NCBI RefSeq assembly: GCF_000025525.1
Contig: NC_013887.1
Location: forward strand, 1,626,871-1,658,870
Source of the DNA: Methanocaldococcus sp. FS406-22
GTDB taxonomy: Archaea > AGJL01 > Methanococci > Methanococcales > Methanocaldococcaceae
DNA: 32,000 bases
Direction: 5' to 3'
Shown: in pieces, positions 26,194 to 32,000 of the stretch
Layout of the letters: each line of letters starts with the position of its first letter
Numbering within the stretch: the stretch's first letter is position 1
Notes under the pieces: generated by a model
Seen by the model: the letters and a program-made list of their open reading frames with translations, nothing else
What the model was told of the DNA's origin: nothing
Database searches by the model: none
Position numbers and translations under genes: made by a program

Positions 26194-26220
26194 GCATATT
26201 TTTGCATATTTTGCATGCAT
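26194..26220. promoter_or_regulatory. Direct repeats GCATATTTT(T) x2 plus GCATGCAT just downstream of a TATA candidate; possible operator of the wHTH gene
   Basis: The minus strand reads TTTATATG (26224..26231) followed by ATGCATGCAAAATATGCAAAAATATGCC. This places the repeats over the expected transcription start. Confidence 0.3.
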
Positions 26221-26340
26221 TTTCATATAAATCCTTATACGCATCAGATAAACCGAAAAACTTATAAAGTTAGAATCAAAAACATGCTAAATGTCGATTC
26301 CAATTGTGGTGATATAAAATGATTGTAGAGGTTAAAGTTG

Positions 26341-26480
26341 CTGTATTCGAATAAAGTCCCCACGTCAGGGGACGTGAATGTGATAACTAATCTAATAACT
26401 CACATTTAGGCAACCTCTGCCCTCCTAAATGGACGGTGGAGGTTGGTCTGTCCCGTTAAGGGAGCGGGTGCTGATGAAAA
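26341..26480. ncRNA. GC-enriched multi-hairpin island, candidate structured ncRNA of unknown family
   Basis: Hairpins: GTCCCC/GGGGAC (26356..26373), TGAATGTG/CACATTTA (26375..26408), CAACCTC...GAGGTTG with inner pairs (26411..26445), and a weak TCCC-gttaa-GGGA (26451..26463). Non-coding in all frames. Confidence 0.45.
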
Positions 26481-26505
26481 CCTATTCAGATTATGTCGGA
26501 AGTAA

Positions 26506-27063
26506 TCATTTGGAATGTTTGATATGATTTGGATAGGTTTTGAAGCACCTCAAAAAACATAAAGCAACTAAAAACTGAACAAAGGCAAAAATTAAAAACT
26601 GATATTCGTGAAATATAAACATTGGGATTGAAGAGAGCATCATTAACAGTCCTAAAATTTCTCTTTTCCTTGATTTAAATAAAATTCCATCGATATTTAA
26701 TAATAATCCAAATATAATGGCAATAGAAACTCCAGAAATTTTTGGATAAGTGTATAATGTAATAAAAGATAAAATAATAACTGCAATCATCCCATATCTA
26801 ACAATCCTCTCAAAAATCTTATCAAAATAACATTTAGTTTTTTTATAGAGCTTTTGTTGCCTAACAATCAATATACCACCAATGATTAATAACAGTGAGA
26901 TTATAAACAAAATATTGAAACTCCAGTATTTTATAGATATATAAATTAAAACAAAAATTAATGAACTCAAAAAATAGGAAATAAAATAGACTTTGTTTTT
27001 GTAATCTACATCTTCTGATGTATAGCTCTCCTCAACTAATTCTAAGATTTCCTTAGCATTCAT
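26506..27063 (-). CDS. Hypothetical membrane protein (about 5 hydrophobic helices)
   Basis: 185-aa ORF with SD AAGGGAT, 16 nt downstream of the GGCT-like gene. Confidence 0.6.
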   Translation of the reverse strand: MNAKEILELVEESYTSEDVDYKNKVYFISYFLSSLIFVLIYISIKYWSFNILFIISLLLIIGGILIVRQQKLYKKTKCYFDKIFERIVRYGMIAVIILSFITLYTYPKISGVSIAIIFGLLLNIDGILFKSRKREILGLLMMLSSIPMFIFHEYQFLIFAFVQFLVALCFLRCFKTYPNHIKHSK

Positions 27064-27079
27064 AAAAATCCCTTAAAAG

Positions 27080-27400
27080 TTATTTTCTTAAATAAATGTA
27101 AGCTTCATACTCCTTTCCATCATTCCCTATTGCAGTAGTTTTCTCTCTAATGTAATAAACATCTAAATCCTCATAATCATCAAAAATCTCTAATTCATTA
27201 TCTGTAATGTCTAACAATATAATGCCATCAATATAACTTCCTTCCTTTTTCCTTGCCCCATAATATCCAATTGTTTCATCAAAAAACTTCTCATAACCAT
27301 AAACTCTACCTTTAATCATCTTTGGCACTCTATTTATCAACTCCAACAATCTCTCCTTCTTCATCAACTCCCCATAGGCAAATACATTATATGTTGGCAT
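27080..27400 (-). CDS. Gamma-glutamylcyclotransferase-like (AIG2/GGACT fold) small protein
   Basis: The N-terminal VFAYGELM, the internal GYE, and the C-terminal YIREK...EAYIYL pattern are typical of the family. SD GAGGGGTGG. 14-nt overlap with tgtA. Confidence 0.6.
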   Translation of the reverse strand: MPTYNVFAYGELMKKERLLELINRVPKMIKGRVYGYEKFFDETIGYYGARKKEGSYIDGIILLDITDNELEIFDDYEDLDVYYIREKTTAIGNDGKEYEAYIYLRK

Positions 27401-29360
27401 CTTTTATTCCACCCCTCACTTTAACAGCCAATCCATAATTAAATTCTCTCAGCTCAATACCATTTAATATAACTGTCCCATAAGCCAATAGTTCATCATC
27501 TTCATTAACAACTAAAACCTCTTCATAAGGCCTTAACTCCTCATCACAATCAACAACAAATTTGGCAAATACATTCCTTCCCTGTCTTGCGAATTCCTCT
27601 GCCTCTTTATTAACAACAACTCTGTATCTTGGAAATGGAATCTTTTCCCATAACAATTTAGCTCCCTTCTTAGAAGGTATTAAAAAGTTGTCATTACTTC
27701 TAACTGAGAATAAAATATCTCCATTTTCATCTAAAACCTGCCTCAATCTACCAGTGGTTTTACTTCTAACAATCTCTATTTTACTCATTAGTTCATCATC
27801 AATTATATCAAAGCCATACTGATACTGCAACATCTTCCTAATCCTTAAAGCATCAGCATTAACTTTTTTGGTAGCAGAGAAGTAGTTTATATAATAATTG
27901 TAGGTCATTATATCCAATATATTGTCTTCTCCAATTTTTTTCTTCAACCAATCAATAAACTCATCAATAAACTTTTTATTTATCTCTTTTTCATAATCAA
28001 AAAGTTCTGGAATTTCATGTTGAGATAGTGGGTAGATAGTGTCTATATAGTATGGAATAAATCCAAATACGGGGTCTTTAATTAGGATATCGACATCTGT
28101 CTCAACTACATTCAAATACTCATGATATGGCTTTTCTATTGAACTTGAGACAGTTGTAATATAAACTTTTTCATATTTTATTCTCTTTAATCTCTTCTTA
28201 TGCCTTAAAACTTCTGGTCTAAACATCGATTCAATGCCAGAGTAGAAGAAAGCAGATTTTTTAGTTACCGGGTCAAATTTTTCTATGTAATCCATATACT
28301 TCCTAACAACTCTATACCCTTCTAAAAGCTTTGGATGGCATCTAACCCTCTCCTCAACTAACTCCCACAAACTTCCCTCTTTTATTGCCTGTTTTATTCT
28401 ATTTATCTCTTCAAAAGTTATATATAAGTTGTGTTCAGCTAATAATCTCTCTCTGTCCTTTTTATTTAAGCCTGCCAACTCTTTTGGCGTATAACTTGAG
28501 CAAACAGGACATGAGCAAGGAAATGCTTTTAAATCTTTAATCTCCTCTAAGTGTAAAGTGCCAGTTTCAGTTAAATATCTGTCATCTTTAGCATATAAAG
28601 CATAAGCGGCAGAATCAAACAAATCACATCCTAAAGCAACAGCTAAAGCAAAGAACATTGGATGCCCACAACCAAATAAATGCACTGGCTTGTTTGTAGG
28701 CAGATACATCTTTGAGTTTATTATGATTTCAGCAACATCTCTGTATCTGTACTGCTCCATCAATGGAACAACAGCCCCTATTGGATAGATATCAAAGTCC
28801 AACTTAGCCATCTCTTTAGCAGATTTTTGCCTCAAATCTAAATAAGTTGAACCCTGAACAGTTCCATTTAATAATAACCTAAATCCTTTCTCTTTCTTTA
28901 ATTCTATGGATGCCTTAGCCCTCTTTAAAGTTTCTTCCAATTCTTTCTCAGCCCTTTCCCTTTCAACATCTGGTGGTGTTGGAATATCCAAGATAGTTCC
29001 AACATCTACTCCTATCCTCTCCTGAAACTCTACAATCTCCAACGGCTCAACTTCAACATCTCCATAAACTCCCAACTGAAAAGAACCACTATCTGTAACA
29101 ATTACTTTATCAAAGCCAATTAATTTGTGAATCCCTTTTTCTTCAGCAATCTCTCTTAAATGTTTTGTTCTGTAAGTTATGTATGAGTTTGTTATAATAA
29201 CATCTGCCAATTTGTTTATTAAATCCATTGAAACAATCTGTTTTTTTGGATTTGGATGAACAACCGGCATTATTGTAGGAGTTTCTATCTTTTTGCCGTT
29301 TATATTTAAAATTCCTATTCTTCCCATAGCATCTCTATGTTTTATCTCAAAGGTCATCAT
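27387..29360 (-). CDS. tgtA: Archaeosine tRNA-guanine transglycosylase (ArcTGT) with a C-terminal PUA-type domain
   Basis: 657 aa. TIM-barrel TGT sequence with Zn site CSCPVCS and a long archaeal C-terminal extension. SD GGAGG. Confidence 0.92.
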   Translation of the reverse strand: MMTFEIKHRDAMGRIGILNINGKKIETPTIMPVVHPNPKKQIVSMDLINKLADVIITNSYITYRTKHLREIAEEKGIHKLIGFDKVIVTDSGSFQLGVYGDVEVEPLEIVEFQERIGVDVGTILDIPTPPDVERERAEKELEETLKRAKASIELKKEKGFRLLLNGTVQGSTYLDLRQKSAKEMAKLDFDIYPIGAVVPLMEQYRYRDVAEIIINSKMYLPTNKPVHLFGCGHPMFFALAVALGCDLFDSAAYALYAKDDRYLTETGTLHLEEIKDLKAFPCSCPVCSSYTPKELAGLNKKDRERLLAEHNLYITFEEINRIKQAIKEGSLWELVEERVRCHPKLLEGYRVVRKYMDYIEKFDPVTKKSAFFYSGIESMFRPEVLRHKKRLKRIKYEKVYITTVSSSIEKPYHEYLNVVETDVDILIKDPVFGFIPYYIDTIYPLSQHEIPELFDYEKEINKKFIDEFIDWLKKKIGEDNILDIMTYNYYINYFSATKKVNADALRIRKMLQYQYGFDIIDDELMSKIEIVRSKTTGRLRQVLDENGDILFSVRSNDNFLIPSKKGAKLLWEKIPFPRYRVVVNKEAEEFARQGRNVFAKFVVDCDEELRPYEEVLVVNEDDELLAYGTVILNGIELREFNYGLAVKVRGGIKDANI

Positions 29361-29435
29361 TTTATCCTCCTATGAATTTTTAAATTTTGATTTAGAAATT
29401 TTATAAAATAAAAAATTTTAATTGCTAAATTTTAA

Positions 29436-29675
29436 TTATTCATCTATTCTTTGAGTTCTTCTAACTGTGAAAGCAAATAAAGCTGGTAAAATAGCTCCTC
29501 CTAATATTGCTTCTGTTAAAGCAACATCTGGGGCTAACAATGCATAGTATAAATAAGCCATACATAAACCAGCAAAGCCAGATAATATAATACATTTAAT
29601 TAAATCTTTTTGTAAGAGAGATGCTAAACTTGATAACAGTGTCATTACTATAACTATGTAATGTATAATTTCCAT
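29436..29675 (-). CDS. Small membrane protein resembling the DUF4040/MnhB-N-terminal type subunit of Mrp/energy-converting hydrogenase complexes
   Basis: 79 aa, two to three helices, with the motif LLAPDVALTEAILGGAI. Strong SD AGGTGA 7 nt upstream. Confidence 0.55.
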   Translation of the reverse strand: MEIIHYIVIVMTLLSSLASLLQKDLIKCIILSGFAGLCMAYLYYALLAPDVALTEAILGGAILPALFAFTVRRTQRIDE

Positions 29676-29757
29676 TTTGGCTCACCTACAAATTTATTTC
29701 ATAAGTAATAATCTTATAACACAACAAATATAAAAAATTCTATACTGGGGGATTTTT

Positions 29758-30903
29758 ATGGATTACTATGTAACACTATCACCGGGACTTGAAAAAATAT
29801 CTAAAAATGAGATAGATGAATTTAAAGGAAAAATTAATGAGATTAGAGAAAACAGGGGTAGAATATTTTTTAGTGGTGATTTAGAACTAATTCCTAAGAT
29901 TAACTATCTCTCAAGGACTATAGAAAGATTAAATATCCTACTATATAGGGAAGAGATTCCAAACATATCCCTAGATGATATCTATGAGAGAGTTTATGAT
30001 ATTGATTGGACAGAGTGGATAAAAGAACATCAATCTTTTGCTATTAGACCATTAAGAGCTGGAGAACATAACTTTACATCAATAGACATTGGGAGAGTTG
30101 CTGGAGAGGCATTGATAAAATCTTATCAGAGAGATAAAAATGTGAGGTTGAAGGTTAATTTGGATGAACCAGATGTTATCGTTAGGGTTGAGGTTATATT
30201 TGATGAGTTAATTGTTGGTATTGACACAACTGGAGATGTTGCATTGGATAAGAGAGGTTATAGGGTTTTTAATCACCCAGCACACTTAAATGCCACTATT
30301 GCATCGGCATTAATTTATTTAAGTAATTGGAAGGATGATGAGGTTTTATTAGACCCGATGTGTGGTAGTGGCACTATCCCAATAGAAGGGGCTTTGATGA
30401 AGAGGAACACCCCACCAGGAAAGTTTAGAGAGGAAAAATATGGATTTAAGTTTGTTGATATTTTTGGTTATGGGCTTTTAGATAAAATAAAAAAAGAGAT
30501 TGTTGAGAATAAAAATATCTATAAAATAATTGGATTGGATAAGAATCAAAAATACTTAGATGGAGCTAAGGATAATGCTAAAAGTGCTAATGTTTTAGAT
30601 ACTATAGATTTTATTTGTGGAGATGCAACAAAACTGCATGAGAGATTTAGCAGTATTGATGTGATTATAGCAAATCCCCCTTATGGTATAAGAATGGGTA
30701 GCAAAAGAGCAGTAAAAAAGCTATACAATGAATTCCTATCCTCTGCAAAAAATATTATGCATGGCTCTTCCCGGTTGATAGTTATAACTGCTGAAGATAA
30801 ATTGTTTAAAGAGGCAGTAGCAAAAAATAACTTTGAGGTTAAGGATGAGTTCAATGTTATGTTTGGTGGTTTGATGACAAAAGTGTTTTATCTAACTTTA
30901 TAA
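29758..30903 (+). CDS. trm14: THUMP-domain tRNA (guanine-N2)-methyltransferase, Trm14-type
   Basis: N-terminal THUMP. SAM motif DPMCGSGTIPIEGA and NPPY motif ANPPYG. Matches my memory of M. jannaschii Trm14. Confidence 0.85.
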   Translation: MDYYVTLSPGLEKISKNEIDEFKGKINEIRENRGRIFFSGDLELIPKINYLSRTIERLNILLYREEIPNISLDDIYERVYDIDWTEWIKEHQSFAIRPLRAGEHNFTSIDIGRVAGEALIKSYQRDKNVRLKVNLDEPDVIVRVEVIFDELIVGIDTTGDVALDKRGYRVFNHPAHLNATIASALIYLSNWKDDEVLLDPMCGSGTIPIEGALMKRNTPPGKFREEKYGFKFVDIFGYGLLDKIKKEIVENKNIYKIIGLDKNQKYLDGAKDNAKSANVLDTIDFICGDATKLHERFSSIDVIIANPPYGIRMGSKRAVKKLYNEFLSSAKNIMHGSSRLIVITAEDKLFKEAVAKNNFEVKDEFNVMFGGLMTKVFYLTL

Positions 30904-30918
30904 TTTTAGGGTGAAATA

Positions 30919-31095
30919 ATGGCTATAAATTTCTTAAGGAAAGAGCTTGCTACAAAAGAGGATATTCTATTAGTAAAAACTGAATTACTTGGTGAAATAA
31001 AAATAATAAAACTATGGATAAAAATCTTAGTTGTTTTGATTGTTATTTTTCCATTCATACCAGAAGTGTTAAAGAATATAGTATCTAGTTATTAA
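30919..31095 (+). CDS. Unlisted 58-aa protein: short coiled-coil-like head (LATKEDI) plus one C-terminal transmembrane helix
   Basis: ATG at 30919 lies 6 nt after SD GGGTGA. Translation: MAINFLRKELATKEDILLVKTELLGEIKIIKLWIKILVVLIVIFPFIPEVLKNIVSSY. It falls below the ORF-track size cut-off. Confidence 0.5.
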   Translation: MAINFLRKELATKEDILLVKTELLGEIKIIKLWIKILVVLIVIFPFIPEVLKNIVSSY

Positions 31096-31117
31096 ATGAA
31101 ATAATTTGAGGGAAATA

Positions 31118-31921
31118 ATGATTCAGGAAATAAAAGAGTTTATTTATAAATATTACATTGAACCAGCTGAAAAAGGGACTGGCTATAATATAGTCCAAGA
31201 AATAACCTACGGGATTATTTTAGCTTTAGCACTATATTTGTTTTATAAAGCTTTAAGGAAGTTAAATATAAACATTGATGAGAGATTTGCCATTCCGGGA
31301 ATTGTTTTTACTGTTTTAATTGCTCTAATGAGGGCTTTAGTTGATTGCGGCTACATAGAAAGAAGTTTTTTAACTATAACTCCGGGAATAGTGTTTTTAA
31401 TTGGTGGGTTTTTTATAGCAACGATTTTAATTACTGGGGTGGTATTTAAAGAGAAGTATTATAAAGTATCTGCAGTTATTGGGTTAATTCCATTGTTGTA
31501 TTTTTTTGGTATATTTCTTCAACACATAACTCATTTAGAGGCACTTCTATATGTTATAATTTTAGTAACAGCATTTTATTATTTAGTTAAATTTATTGAT
31601 AAAAGCTTAAAATTAAATATCTTACAGTCAAAGATTGATAGTTATGTTATAGTTGGGCAGTTAATTGATGCCTCTGCAACAACTATTGGCATTGGCATCT
31701 ATGGATATTGGGAACAGCACCCAATCCCAAGATTCTTAATGGAGACGTTTGGAGTTTATAGCTTTATCCCATTTAAGCTTTTGGTAATTTTATTAGCCCT
31801 CTATATCTTAAATAGAGAGGTTAAGGATGAAAACATAAAAAATATTATAAAACTCTGTATAATGGCTCTTGGATTAGCTCCGGGGCTTAGGGATTTGTTT
31901 AGAACGGTTATGGGCGTATAA
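31118..31921 (+). CDS. Polytopic membrane protein (possibly DUF63-like)
   Basis: ATG at 31118 follows SD GAGGGA; the ORF-track start is a TTG at 31106. About 7 hydrophobic helices. The family name is from weak memory only. Confidence 0.55.
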   Translation: MIQEIKEFIYKYYIEPAEKGTGYNIVQEITYGIILALALYLFYKALRKLNINIDERFAIPGIVFTVLIALMRALVDCGYIERSFLTITPGIVFLIGGFFIATILITGVVFKEKYYKVSAVIGLIPLLYFFGIFLQHITHLEALLYVIILVTAFYYLVKFIDKSLKLNILQSKIDSYVIVGQLIDASATTIGIGIYGYWEQHPIPRFLMETFGVYSFIPFKLLVILLALYILNREVKDENIKNIIKLCIMALGLAPGLRDLFRTVMGV

Positions 31922-31949
31922 ATGCTATAAAGGCACAATCTATTTATTT

Positions 31950-31977
31950 ATACCTCCGAGCGTAAGCGAGGAGGTAT
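31950..31977. repeat. Second copy (inverted orientation) of the family C hairpin
   Basis: ATACCTCC-gagcgtaagcga-GGAGGTAT is the reverse complement of 7367..7394, except for a paired C-G to T-A change in the stem. The element is truncated by the window end. Confidence 0.6.
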
Positions 31978-32000
31978 CAGTTTTGATGAAACAGAAAGCT

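Noticed and set aside
26131-26244. N-terminal 38-aa extension of the wHTH ORF (MRIRIYMKMHAKYAKICLMNQF...)
   Set aside because: The sequence is low-complexity and contains a TATA-like box and direct repeats. The wHTH domain is complete from the ATG at 26130. Treated as promoter/5' UTR rather than coding.
26319-26354. Mini-ORF MIVEVKVAVFE* with a perfect GGTGAT SD 5 nt upstream, just before the GC-rich hairpin island
   Set aside because: It is tempting to read this as a leader peptide, but it has 11 codons only. No downstream plus-strand gene exists for it to regulate, and there is no way to test conservation here. Noted only as context for the ncRNA candidate.
26341-26505. Considered RNase P RNA, SRP RNA or a C/D-box sRNA (AAAGTCC-like and GCTGATGA strings)
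   Set aside because: There is no convincing match to the conserved RNase P CR regions or the SRP helix 8 motifs. No D box (CTGA) lies at the right distance from the TGATGA, and no terminal stem is present. GC content is also lower than expected for those RNAs in a hyperthermophile. Kept as an unknown-family candidate.
27562-27822. 86-aa plus-strand ORF
   Set aside because: Antisense shadow ORF inside tgtA.
1-32000. Scan for CRISPR arrays, tRNA/rRNA genes, IS transposases, integrases, inteins and in-frame TGA (selenocysteine) genes
   Set aside because: No regularly spaced 25-40-bp repeats were seen. There are no GC-rich cloverleaf-sized or rRNA-like blocks and no transposase- or integrase-like ORFs. 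All large ORFs are uninterrupted.

Overview
AT-rich archaeal chromosomal segment, visibly about one third GC. It uses GGTGA/GGAGG-type Shine-Dalgarno motifs and TTTATATA-type TATA boxes. The protein sequences and gene order match what I remember of the Methanocaldococcus jannaschii MJ0406-MJ0439 neighbourhood; this is from memory, and no search was possible. I support about 36 protein genes.

Gene content:
- Housekeeping metabolism: PfkB nucleoside kinase, nadA, mptD-like, hisF, dapB, argG, dcd, wecC-like.
- RNA/tRNA enzymes: Rnl3-type RNA ligase, archaeosine tRNA-guanine transglycosylase, Trm14, and a THUMP-SPOUT fusion.
- An ABC importer pair.
- Several accessory-looking modules, described below.

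I saw no rRNA, tRNA, CRISPR array, transposase, integrase, intein or in-frame TGA.

Most unusual items:
1. A surface-glycan-like membrane cluster. It is built around a divergent STT3/AglB-like GT-C protein whose WWDYG motif reads WWTTG and which carries an alpha-toroid-like C-terminal domain.
2. At least three families of small palindromic MITE/REP-like elements that fill stop-codon-to-SD spacers. One sits at an ABC operon junction with an 11-bp flanking duplication. Another shows a compensatory stem substitution between copies.
3. A GC-enriched multi-hairpin island at about 26341..26480, which is a candidate ncRNA.
4. A wHTH regulator followed by two EppA-type pilin-like genes, with a repeated TAACA motif array between them.
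5. A wecC / HEPN-like / unknown overlapped operon, with a duplicated gene-end scar next to a DUF234-type ATPase.
6. An arcTGT / GGCT-like / membrane-protein operon.

All functional calls rest on motif recognition by eye and need HMM or structure confirmation.
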